A stretch of DNA of 43,894 nucleotides from a virus. Taxonomy: Duplodnaviria; Caudoviricetes. Location of the stretch: positions 1 to 43,894 of the IMG/VR virus record IMGVR_UViG_3300027323_000003. One strand, given 5' to 3'. Below, piece after piece: positions 1 to 7,684 of this stretch. The stretch's first letter is position 1. Every line of letters begins with the position of its first letter. Under the pieces are notes generated by a model. It worked only from the letters and a program-made list of their open reading frames with translations, ran no database searches and was not told where the DNA came from. The translations under genes were made by a program, and so were the position numbers.

Positions 1-320
1 ACGAATCTGCAATAGTCGACGGCAACTTCGCGGATCTGTTCATCCGTCAGCGCTCCACCTTGCGGCTGCGGGGCGGCACGACGATTCCAGTCGCGTTCGA
101 TCTTCTCCGCGAGCCAATCGAACCCGTAGTGAATTGCTGCATGCGTCAATTTAACTCGGCAGTCCTTGCACTTCACTGTGATCTTGCGGCTCTTTGTGTA
201 GGCATTACCCTGCGGGCGCAGCGTCGCTTCACCGCCGCAAAACGGGCACGGCATCAGACTATTCCCCGCATCTCCTGCGGTGATTGGCGAGCTATTCGCC
301 GCATTGGTGGTGTCGGTCAT
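1..320 (-). CDS. Lar-family restriction alleviation-like Zn-binding protein (3' end runs off window)
   Basis: Hand translation from ATG at 320 (TGATG overlap): MTDTT...LMPCPFCGGEA...VKCKDC...DWNRRA; PCPFCG/CxxC/WNRR pattern; absent from ORF track. Confidence 0.7.
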   Translation of the reverse strand, partial: MTDTTNAANSSPITAGDAGNSLMPCPFCGGEATLRPQGNAYTKSRKITVKCKDCRVKLTHAAIHYGFDWLAEKIERDWNRRAAPQPQGGALTDEQIREVAVDYCRF

Positions 321-637
321 CACAGTTCCCCGTTCTTGAATTGTTCGATCGCACCTGCCATCGGTCCGAATCGGACCCAGCGCAGCAGAGGCCAGTGGGG
401 GTGCTTCAGGGCGTCCTGGCAGAGCTCGCGCAGCGCGCGCTCCAGCGACAGGATTCGCGCGGCGTGCGCGACGTTGGTATCCCGGGCGTTGGCGAGAAGA
501 GACTGCGACTCGGCTAACTGCCGGCGGAGCTCCGCGTTCTCGCGCTTGAGGCGGGTGGAGTCGAGTGCGAGATCCATCATGTCTTCCTTGACGGTCGGCT
601 TCGCACGACTCACTGTCACTCCGAGTGGCCATGTCAT
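320..637 (-). CDS. Phage hypothetical coiled-coil protein
   Basis: MTWPLGV... start overlaps RT stop (ATGA); heptad-like LKRENAELRRQLAE. Confidence 0.6.
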   Translation of the reverse strand: MTWPLGVTVSRAKPTVKEDMMDLALDSTRLKRENAELRRQLAESQSLLANARDTNVAHAARILSLERALRELCQDALKHPHWPLLRWVRFGPMAGAIEQFKNGEL

Positions 638-1824
638 TGTTCGGACTCCTTGTTTTGGGTGATAGGGCGGCGGTATGCCTTGGTCAGGCCAAAGTCGACG
701 GCGTGGCCGCGGCTGCGGATGACTTTCGCCATGCGTGCTCTGGCGACATGGCTGGCGGTTGCCTGCCTGACTAGGCCGAAGTAGCTGTTGACTGCTGCGA
801 ATACATCGCGCGACGGCATTTCCGCCAGCCGGCGAGTTCCGACATTGAGCGTGCGCGGGCGGGTGTGGCGTGCCCATGGCCGAATCACCTGGCCGACGAA
901 ATCAATGCCGCGCGGTACCGGCTGTAGGATCGTCTTCGACGGATTGAGCCTGGCGCCAAGTCGGCGCGGCAGGAACGCCTCAATTTGGGCATGGGCGGTA
1001 CTCAGCCACTGCGGCGATTCGTGGAGGATCACGAAGTCATCGACATAGCGGATATAGTGCCGCGCGCCGATGCGATGCTTGACGTGCTGGTCGAGCACAT
1101 CAAGGTAGACATTGGCAAAAAACTGGCTACTGAGGTTGCCGATCGGCAGCCCGCGATGTGCCGGCTGGTTGAGCAGGCTCTTGTGCGGCGGCACGAGTGC
1201 CATCAGGGCTGACGGTGCTTGCATGATGACGTCCGGGCGCGGGTCGTGCATCAACACGAGATCCGTGAGCGCCATCCACCATGGTTCGGTGACGCGCTCG
1301 GCCAACTCCTTGCGCAGGACAGTCTTGTCGATGCTGACGAAGAAGTTGGCGAGGTCGCATTTCAGGTACCACGCCGGCCGGGACCAGTTCTGCGTGATGC
1401 TGCGCACCTTCGCCTCCAGGCGCTGGGCAGCATAGAGCGTGCCGCGCCCGGGAATGCATGCGCAGCTATCCGCGATGAACGAAGCGTAGAAGCGCGGCGC
1501 AATGCGGTTGTACAGGAGGTGGTGGACCACGCGATCGCGGAAGTCTGCAGCCCAGACTTCGCGCGGCTTGGGTCGGGTCACGACGAAGCAGATGGAGCGG
1601 CCAGGACGATAGCTGCCGTCCATCAACTCGTCGTACAGTTCGCGCAAGTTGCGCTCGAGCTGCTGCTCGAACACGAGCGCACTGTGTGTGTTGCGTTTCC
1701 GGCGGCGGCAGTCGAAATATGCCGTCACCAGGTCCTCGAAGGAAGCACGATCCGCACCGCTTTGATCTGCGGACGGCCCGAGCACGAAACTCGTTGTTCT
1801 TGTGGTTGTTGTTCTGGTTGCCAT
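634..1824 (-). CDS. DGR reverse transcriptase (start uncertain: ATG 1824 inside TR or GTG 1728)
   Basis: YIRYVDDFVIL catalytic motif, GLPIGNLSSQFFANVYL, FRDRVVHH, KCDLANFFVSI; no maturase or endonuclease extension; adjacent TR and avd. Confidence 0.95.
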   Translation of the reverse strand: MATRTTTTRTTSFVLGPSADQSGADRASFEDLVTAYFDCRRRKRNTHSALVFEQQLERNLRELYDELMDGSYRPGRSICFVVTRPKPREVWAADFRDRVVHHLLYNRIAPRFYASFIADSCACIPGRGTLYAAQRLEAKVRSITQNWSRPAWYLKCDLANFFVSIDKTVLRKELAERVTEPWWMALTDLVLMHDPRPDVIMQAPSALMALVPPHKSLLNQPAHRGLPIGNLSSQFFANVYLDVLDQHVKHRIGARHYIRYVDDFVILHESPQWLSTAHAQIEAFLPRRLGARLNPSKTILQPVPRGIDFVGQVIRPWARHTRPRTLNVGTRRLAEMPSRDVFAAVNSYFGLVRQATASHVARARMAKVIRSRGHAVDFGLTKAYRRPITQNKESEQ

Positions 1825-1874
1825 TGCCGAAGTTCTGGTTCCACGCGTTGTTGGAGTTGCTCTCGGACTGCGTC
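1765..1874 (-). repeat. DGR template repeat (TR)
   Basis: Read in the VR frame gives TQSESNSNNAWNQNFGNGNQNNNHKNNEFRARAVRR with 12 AAY codons; ungapped match to 2431-2537 and 2973-3080. Confidence 0.97.
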
Positions 1875-2044
1875 TGTTCGTGCTATCTACGTCGCCTCGC
1901 CGAAGGCGTCATGCCGATCAGCGGGGAAACTGCGCCGGACCAGACCTGGTGACTCCCAGCGGTATCCGTGATGCGCCTGGCGGTGGCCTTGTGAGCCAGC
2001 GGCACGACCAGATAAAAATCGCACGGGCGAGACGGCCTTAACCG
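1875..2044 (-). ncRNA. avd-TR spacer, probable 5' part of DGR template RNA
   Basis: GC-rich interval with no convincing ORF between avd stop and TR; role inferred from position in characterised DGRs. Confidence 0.45.
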
Positions 2045-2401
2045 TCAGGCAACAGGCGACGATGCGGACTTCTTCCTCCAGCCATTAGCCTGCTTACCGA
2101 TGCTCGTCGTAATCGAAACGGCCTTGGCGTACTGCGGCCGCGCGATTAGGCGCTTGTCGACACAAAGGCGCAGTAGCAACTCGACCACCTGCAGGCGCTC
2201 GACCAAGTCGAGCAGTGGCTGCGACTTGTCGCGGTACACATTCCCGCGGCAGATCAACACCGTGATCTCCACGATCTCGTCGCGGATCTTCCCGCCCAGC
2301 GAGACCTTGAAGTCGCGCGGCATGCTGCGGGTGATTTCCGTGACCACATCGAGGAGGTCGTACGCCGCCTTATAGATGGGGAGGTCGGTATGCAGAGCCA
2401 T
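2045..2401 (-). CDS. avd: DGR accessory variability determinant (Avd, four-helix bundle)
   Basis: 118 aa basic helical protein, LPIYKAAYDL...LLRLCVDKRLI...IGKQANGW, between target genes and TR. Confidence 0.9.
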   Translation of the reverse strand: MALHTDLPIYKAAYDLLDVVTEITRSMPRDFKVSLGGKIRDEIVEITVLICRGNVYRDKSQPLLDLVERLQVVELLLRLCVDKRLIARPQYAKAVSITTSIGKQANGWRKKSASSPVA

Positions 2402-2419
2402 GGCTAAATGACTGAATGA

Positions 2420-2902
2420 TCAAAGAGGCAATCTGCGGACGGCCCGAGCACGAAACTCGCTGTGCTTGCGGTTGTAGTCCTGGAAGCCATCGCCGAAGCC
2501 CTGGAGCCACGCGTAGCTGGAGTAGCTCTCGGACTGCTCACCAGACCAGTACCAGGCGCTTTGGAACTCTTCTCGCAGGTTGGCGAACAGGAGAGACTGC
2601 TCACGCCGTGTCGGCAGCTCGCCGCCAGCCGATGCAGCCCATTCCTTGGCCTGCTCCCACGTCTTGCCCTCTGCCTCACCAGGAAGGAGGATCAGGTGGT
2701 ATCCGGGCTCGCCTTCCTTGCCGAGTATCAGGCCGGCGTAGCGCTCACCAGTGCGCAATTGGCCGAGGGCGATCGGCTGCGGCAGTGCTTCTGCTGCACC
2801 ATTGATCACGCGCGCCAACCAGGCGTCGACCACGGCAGCCTTGGAAATGGTGACCAGTGCGCCGGCTACCTCGACGGATACGGACTCTGCGACTTGCGTC
2901 AT
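2420..2902 (-). CDS. DGR target protein 1, CLec-fold DUF1566-like
   Basis: TWEQAKEWA..GGELPTRREQ..WYWS..RARAVRR motifs; C-terminal VR; GGAG RBS before ATG 2902. Confidence 0.9.
   Translation of the reverse strand: MTQVAESVSVEVAGALVTISKAAVVDAWLARVINGAAEALPQPIALGQLRTGERYAGLILGKEGEPGYHLILLPGEAEGKTWEQAKEWAASAGGELPTRREQSLLFANLREEFQSAWYWSGEQSESYSSYAWLQGFGDGFQDYNRKHSEFRARAVRRLPL
2431..2537 (-). repeat. Variable repeat VR1
   Basis: 107-nt ungapped alignment to TR 1765-1871; 15 mismatches, all at TR adenines. Confidence 0.97.
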
Positions 2903-2956
2903 TGCTTGCTCCATGAATTTGCAAAGGGGCGGCCGCTGCGCGGCCAAATGAATGAA

Positions 2957-3613
2957 TTACTGAACCTTCATCCTGCGGACGGCCCGAGCACGAAACTCGA
3001 AGTCCTTGAGGTAGTTGTACTGGTAGCCATTGCCGAAGCCCTGGAACCACGCGTCGTTGGAGTAGCTCTCGGACTGCGTCGAAGTCCAGTACCAGGACTC
3101 GTCGTCGAAGGCCTCCGCGCCATCGGATTGGAAGGCAACCACCGGCGTCTGGGTCGGCGTATCTGCGGTGTACGGGTAGCCGGCAGGGACGCTGCTCGGG
3201 TTATCGCCAGCGCGATAGACGTAGTTCTCTTCGGTCGTGGGTTTCAGGTTGCGATACACGACTTCGAGCTCGTCGCGGGCCGGCAGGTACCAGTCGTTGA
3301 AACCATTGACGTTCAGGCCGGACGCCCAAACCGCCAGAGCGACGCCGGCGCGCACCATTGCCGCCGTGTTTGCCCTCCCATCGAAGAAGCTGCGCGCGTC
3401 ATCGATGCGCTGGGTGCTCGTGTGCCAAGGCGCGTCGTCGTGCTCGCCACCGTCCTTGGGCGCTACGACCAAGATGTACAGGCCATCGGCCTGGCGGATC
3501 TGGCCAGCATAGAAGCCGCCGCCCACCACATCGCCGGCCTTCAGGGCGTTCGCGTCAGCTTGGCTGATCGTCGAACCCACTGCGATTCCTTCGTTCTGAG
3601 TCACTGCGTTCAT
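2957..3613 (-). CDS. DGR target protein 2, CLec-fold DUF1566-like
   Basis: GGFYAG..DGRANT..DWYLPARDEL..WYWTSTQ..RARAVRR; C-terminal VR; AAGGA RBS before ATG 3613. Confidence 0.9.
   Translation of the reverse strand: MNAVTQNEGIAVGSTISQADANALKAGDVVGGGFYAGQIRQADGLYILVVAPKDGGEHDDAPWHTSTQRIDDARSFFDGRANTAAMVRAGVALAVWASGLNVNGFNDWYLPARDELEVVYRNLKPTTEENYVYRAGDNPSSVPAGYPYTADTPTQTPVVAFQSDGAEAFDDESWYWTSTQSESYSNDAWFQGFGNGYQYNYLKDFEFRARAVRRMKVQ
2973..3080 (-). repeat. Variable repeat VR2
   Basis: 108-nt ungapped alignment to TR 1767-1874; 13 mismatches, all at TR adenines. Confidence 0.97.
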
Positions 3614-3830
3614 GGCTTTCCTTTCGGGTTGAGAGGTACTACACGGAATAGGGTGGGCAGCTGCGGCCAATCCACCAACCAGATGGAGGCTGCTCGTCGC
3701 GCGCTGTTTTTCGGGACTCGGCGTTGTCCCGCCGCAGCCGCCCGTTGAAAGGGAGGGGTACTCGCTGCACCGCTGGCTGTCTGCCGTCCCAGCACTGCCA
3801 CCAGCGGCATCCGCTTTCCCCCGTTGATCG

Positions 3831-4334
3831 TTACGCCGCTTCCTTCATCTCGGGCGGGTCTTCGTAGTCCAGGCTCATGTGCACTTCCTGACCGAGCAGC
3901 GAGAGCAGCTTCGCCGTGGTGGTCTCGTCGGGATGCGCTTGCACGCGGAAGTTGACGAAGACGGTGCCGCCTTCCTGAAAATCGAAGGCCAGCTTGTTGA
4001 CCTTCGACTCGTCGAGCACGATGTCGTAGGCCTCGGTGACGCCGTTGTGGATCACCAGGCGCTGGAGCTCCCACGAGCCATCCCACTTCACCGTGCCGAG
4101 CGCCGGGTTCTTCAGGTTCGGCAGGTAGCCGGCGTCGGTGACCAGGTCGCCCTGTACGCCTTCGTCCTTGTGGTAGAAGCTGGCCTTCAGGGTCGGCGAG
4201 AAGAGCGACAGCACGTCGTTGGACAGGCGCGCCTGCAGTTTCAGGTCGACGCCCAGCACGTTGTCGTCGCCGTGCTTCTCGTTGCGGGTGTTGATGTGGA
4301 GGATCTTGACCAGTTCGGTATCGAGTTCGAGCAT
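3831..4334 (-). CDS. Phage hypothetical protein
   Basis: 167 aa ORF with GGAG RBS, co-oriented in early operon, phage-typical ...KEAA end. Confidence 0.8.
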   Translation of the reverse strand: MLELDTELVKILHINTRNEKHGDDNVLGVDLKLQARLSNDVLSLFSPTLKASFYHKDEGVQGDLVTDAGYLPNLKNPALGTVKWDGSWELQRLVIHNGVTEAYDIVLDESKVNKLAFDFQEGGTVFVNFRVQAHPDETTTAKLLSLLGQEVHMSLDYEDPPEMKEAA

Positions 4335-4359
4335 TGTTGGCTCCGGAAGTTAGGAAGGG

Positions 4360-5985
4360 TCAGGCAACGGAGAAATCCATTTCGCAGAGCCAGCCGACAA
4401 CCTGCTCTTCGGTGGCTTCGAAATGACTGACCAGCGCGGCGACGATCTCGGCGTCGGTCGGACGGCTGGGGACGGCGGGGCGGCGAGCGGGTGCCTGGCG
4501 TTCTACGGGAACGACACGCGCAGCCTGGGCGGGTGCTGGGGCAGGTGCGGGCGCGGGTGCCGGCGTGGCGGCTGCCTGTGCTGCGCGCTCTGCGGCCTGC
4601 TGCTCAGCCTTCTCGGCAGCGGCTTTCTCCGCTGCTTCGCGCTCCAGGCGGGCTGCCTCTTCGCGGCGGATGCGCTCACGCTGCTCTTCCTCTTTGCGCA
4701 GATCTTCGGCCTTGTGCTTGTCGATGCGGCTCGACACCACCAGGCGCAGGTCATCCATCTGCTTCGTGGACAGGCCAACGCGGTCGGCGAACAGGAACTC
4801 ATAGCCTTCGATCGCCCGGTCGAGGAACAGCACGTTCGCGCGGATGCGCTTCGCAGACGCATCGGCCTCGATCTTGGCGTTGGCCAGCATCGTGTCGACG
4901 GCATCCTGAATGCTCGCGACCGAGCGCTTGCCCTTGGCCGCGCCAACGAAGTCGGGCATGCCGAGATCCACCCAGGCGCCCCCGGTCTCGTTCTTGAGCT
5001 CGGCCACGTGGTTGCTGTAGGCCTGTCGGCCGCCGCGGATGATGGCTTCCTTCACCTCGGTCTTGCGCTGCGTTACCAGCTTGTCCAGGTCCAGCCGCAC
5101 GCGGCGGGCCTCGGCGCTGATATCGTCGATCGTGCGGAACAGCTCGTCGATGCTGGCCGTCTGCGACAGCGCGTGCTGTTTGGCGGCGGCCAGCTTGCTT
5201 TCCACCTCACCGCACCACTTGACGGTCTTCTCGGCATCCGCGAAGTCCTGATCGGTGGACAGGTTGCGATTGATGCCCTGGAACACGGCGATGGCGTGTT
5301 CGCGGAACTCGCGCAGGTTGCTGGCCGTGACTTGGCCGCGCACCTCGACGAACAGGGCCGGCAGCGTTTCCGGCGTGCGGCCGACGGGCTTCACTTCCTG
5401 CTCGCGCGGCTCATACTCGGCCACGTCCTTGTCGAACTGGGCCCAGCCGGCGCGGATGCGGTCGAACCATTTCGGGTCCGGCGAGACATCGGTCCAGACA
5501 AAGCGATCGCGCGTACCGTCCGACACAACGAAGCGCACACGCTCGGCGCCGGTGACCATCAGGATCTGCTGGCACTGCGGCATGTGGCTGTCCGGGACGT
5601 TGCCGTTCTCTACCGCCAGCGCCAGATCTTCGTTCCACTGCTTGTGCTCGAACGCGATGTCGCCGGCCATAGTCAGGCCGTCGCACGATGCCGATTCCTT
5701 GCCCAGCGAGCACGTGACCGGATACAGCTCTTCGCCGAGGTCTTCCTCGACCAGCGGGCGGGCCATAGCTTCCAGTTCGTGACCACGGTCCAGAATCCGC
5801 TCCTGCACGAAGTCACTGAACTCCTTCGGCATGGCCGTCTTCTTGATGTGCAGAAGCTCGTTTCGCTTCATGTACGGCGACAGGCCGAGCATGGCCGCCG
5901 CCTCGCTGGCGCCGTGGTAGTCGAAGCGGAAGGCTTCCCACTCGGGAGAGCCCTGCAGCAGGGTATGGACGATGTGGTCAGTCAT
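4360..5985 (-). CDS. YqaJ/lambda-exonuclease-like recombination nuclease with coiled-coil C-terminus
   Basis: QGSPEW..R...GASEAAAMLGLSPY, RGHELE, ASCDG, FEHK motifs. Confidence 0.88.
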   Translation of the reverse strand: MTDHIVHTLLQGSPEWEAFRFDYHGASEAAAMLGLSPYMKRNELLHIKKTAMPKEFSDFVQERILDRGHELEAMARPLVEEDLGEELYPVTCSLGKESASCDGLTMAGDIAFEHKQWNEDLALAVENGNVPDSHMPQCQQILMVTGAERVRFVVSDGTRDRFVWTDVSPDPKWFDRIRAGWAQFDKDVAEYEPREQEVKPVGRTPETLPALFVEVRGQVTASNLREFREHAIAVFQGINRNLSTDQDFADAEKTVKWCGEVESKLAAAKQHALSQTASIDELFRTIDDISAEARRVRLDLDKLVTQRKTEVKEAIIRGGRQAYSNHVAELKNETGGAWVDLGMPDFVGAAKGKRSVASIQDAVDTMLANAKIEADASAKRIRANVLFLDRAIEGYEFLFADRVGLSTKQMDDLRLVVSSRIDKHKAEDLRKEEEQRERIRREEAARLEREAAEKAAAEKAEQQAAERAAQAAATPAPAPAPAPAPAQAARVVPVERQAPARRPAVPSRPTDAEIVAALVSHFEATEEQVVGWLCEMDFSVA

Positions 5986-6832
5986 TCTCGTGGCTCCAAG
6001 AGTCGATCGTGTTCTTCTGGGCTTCGGTCATCAGCACGCCCTTGGATTCGACGGTCGCGATGATCTGTGCGGGGGTCTTCTTCTTGCCGAGAATCAGGTC
6101 GCGCCACTTGGCTTTGTTCTCGTCGAAGCGTTCTTGCGGGTAGGTGGAGGCGGCGGAACCGTCGTTTCCTTGTCGCTCCTGGCGCGGCTGACTGCCGCCG
6201 GCTGGTGCGTCGTCGCTGCCGCCTGCGCCGTCATCGTCCATGCCCTTGGTCGACATGCCGGTCACGGCCAGCAGGGTGTAGCGCTGCAGGTAGGTAATCG
6301 TCGACGCGGTCTGCTGGATGACGTTCTTCTTGCCTGAGTTGTCCGGCGGCCCAGACATCACTACTTTCTCGGAGTGGCCGTCCTTGTGCGTGACGACGCA
6401 TTCCACAGTGATCAGGCCGTTGCCCTGCAGGATGTTCCAGGCGAAGCTCAGGCCGTGCTTGGCCATGGCCGGGCCCACGGCATCGGTGACGTCCGACAGT
6501 TCGGCGTGCGAGTAGCCCACAAAGTCGCCGTCCTTCGTCCGATAGCCGACTTCCTTGCTGCGACGGATCGTGATGGGCTCGGTCTTGAACGCGGCCATAG
6601 CGCCCACGTAGGCCTGGCGCGCAGCCATGGCCATGCCGCGCTCGCGCAGATCCAGAAGCTTGCCGATGTACTCGGGATCGGCGCCTTTCTCCACCGCGAT
6701 CAGGAGCAGGGTGTCGGGGGTGACCGGTCCGGAGTGGGCGAGTGCGCCAGACTGGCGAGTGGCCGGCAGCGCTGCGGCGCGCAGCGGGGCGGTATCGACG
6801 TCGATAACGTCTTCGACGACAGCGGTGGACAT
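5978..6832 (-). CDS. ERF-family single-strand annealing protein
   Basis: YSHAELSDV..VGPAMAKHGLS, H..GHSE, STITYLQRYTLLAVTG, DDDG motifs; paired with exonuclease. Confidence 0.88.
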   Translation of the reverse strand: MSTAVVEDVIDVDTAPLRAAALPATRQSGALAHSGPVTPDTLLLIAVEKGADPEYIGKLLDLRERGMAMAARQAYVGAMAAFKTEPITIRRSKEVGYRTKDGDFVGYSHAELSDVTDAVGPAMAKHGLSFAWNILQGNGLITVECVVTHKDGHSEKVVMSGPPDNSGKKNVIQQTASTITYLQRYTLLAVTGMSTKGMDDDGAGGSDDAPAGGSQPRQERQGNDGSAASTYPQERFDENKAKWRDLILGKKKTPAQIIATVESKGVLMTEAQKNTIDSWSHEND

Positions 6833-6861
6833 GATGTGGATCTCCTGGTGGTGGACGGGGG

Positions 6862-7134
6862 TCAGGCGGCCGGCGCTGCGTCGACCTTCACGTACGGGTA
6901 CTTCTTGTCGTACGGCTTGATGTGCTTGCCGAAGTGCGAGCCGATCGACTCGGCCGTCTTGAACGCGGCGAACTCTTCGGCGGTGAAGTTGCCGTAGTGG
7001 TACAGGCTGGTGGCCTCGCCCTTGTAGTTCTTGAAGCGGATGGCCAGCGTGTTCGTCTCGGCGTCATGGCCGATGCTGTGGATCTGCGACGACTCGACTT
7101 GCTGCAGGGCGATCGCGGGTGCGGTGGTTTCCAT
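6862..7134 (-). CDS. KTSC-domain protein
   Basis: VESSQIHSIGHD...LAIRF...YHY..F...F..AESIGSHF..HIK; GGAG RBS. Confidence 0.85.
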   Translation of the reverse strand: METTAPAIALQQVESSQIHSIGHDAETNTLAIRFKNYKGEATSLYHYGNFTAEEFAAFKTAESIGSHFGKHIKPYDKKYPYVKVDAAPAA

Positions 7135-7156
7135 GGTGGTCTCCAGGTGGGAAAGG

Positions 7157-7303
7157 TCAGAACAGGGCGCCGGCGCGGATGGCAACGGCGACGTACCAGA
7201 TGACGGGCGCAGCAATGCAGAAGCCGGCCGCGCAGGCGTACTCGATCGAGCGCTTGCGCTTCGCGATGGCCAGCAGCTGATTCGAGTCCGGGTCGTAGTT
7301 CAT
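7157..7303 (-). CDS. Small hydrophobic protein (48 aa)
   Basis: MNYDPDSNQLLAIAKRKRSIEYACAAGFCIAAPVIWYVAVAIRAGALF; ATGA coupling. Confidence 0.5.
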   Translation of the reverse strand: MNYDPDSNQLLAIAKRKRSIEYACAAGFCIAAPVIWYVAVAIRAGALF

Positions 7304-7404
7304 GCGAGCACCTGTGCGACGGAGTAGACGAGGCAGTAGCCCAGCGCCACCAGCGCGGCGCGCGTGAGCCAGCGGTTGTTACGGTTGATCGCAGCGCGGC
7401 TCAT
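7300..7404 (-). CDS. Small hydrophobic protein (34 aa)
   Basis: MSRAAINRNNRWLTRAALVALGYCLVYSVAQVLA; ATGA coupling on both sides. Confidence 0.5.
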   Translation of the reverse strand: MSRAAINRNNRWLTRAALVALGYCLVYSVAQVLA

Positions 7405-7496
7405 TGCGACACCATCGAGATCAGCGTGGCGCTCAGCACCACCAGCGGCGGAGCGACGCAGATCAGCAGGGCGATGTAGAAGAAATCGCGGTTCAT
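7401..7496 (-). CDS. Small hydrophobic protein (31 aa)
   Basis: MNRDFFYIALLICVAPPLVVLSATLISMVSQ; ATGA coupling on both sides. Confidence 0.5.
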   Translation of the reverse strand: MNRDFFYIALLICVAPPLVVLSATLISMVSQ

Positions 7497-7672
7497 TGCG
7501 CGGCCCCATAGAAGGTTGCAGCTAGGTCAGCGTCATCCAGTGCCGACATGCGGTAGATGCAGGCCTGGCCGCAGACCGCGTGATTCTTTTCGATCTGCAG
7601 CACGCTGCCGAAGTCGTCGACCACGTCGAAGACCATGGGATAGCTGCTGTCGCCGTAGTGGTGGAGGATCAC
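7493..7672 (-). CDS. Small phage hypothetical protein (59 aa)
   Basis: GTG start after GAGGA; MILHHYGDSSYPMVFDVVDDFG...; stop overlaps next ATG. Confidence 0.5.
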   Translation of the reverse strand: MILHHYGDSSYPMVFDVVDDFGSVLQIEKNHAVCGQACIYRMSALDDADLAATFYGAAQ

Positions 7673-7684
7673 GGCCGTCCTCGT

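Larger units (their letters stand above)
634..3613 (-). mobile_element. Diversity-generating retroelement cassette: target2-target1-avd-TR-RT
   Basis: RT, Avd, TR and two VRs with adenine-only mismatches, all co-oriented. Confidence 0.97.

Noticed and set aside
634-1824. RT as group II intron, retron or Abi RT
   Set aside because: Adjacent Avd, TR and adenine-specific VRs define a DGR; no maturase or endonuclease domain
1765-3080. Three ~108-nt repeats as a CRISPR array or simple duplication
   Set aside because: No repeat-spacer periodicity or cas genes; mismatches confined to adenines
4423-6063. 546-aa plus-strand ORF (likewise 2462-3748, 11366-13273, 18157-19236, 19862-21283, 26422-28251)
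   Set aside because: Antisense shadows of well-supported genes, expected in high-GC DNA
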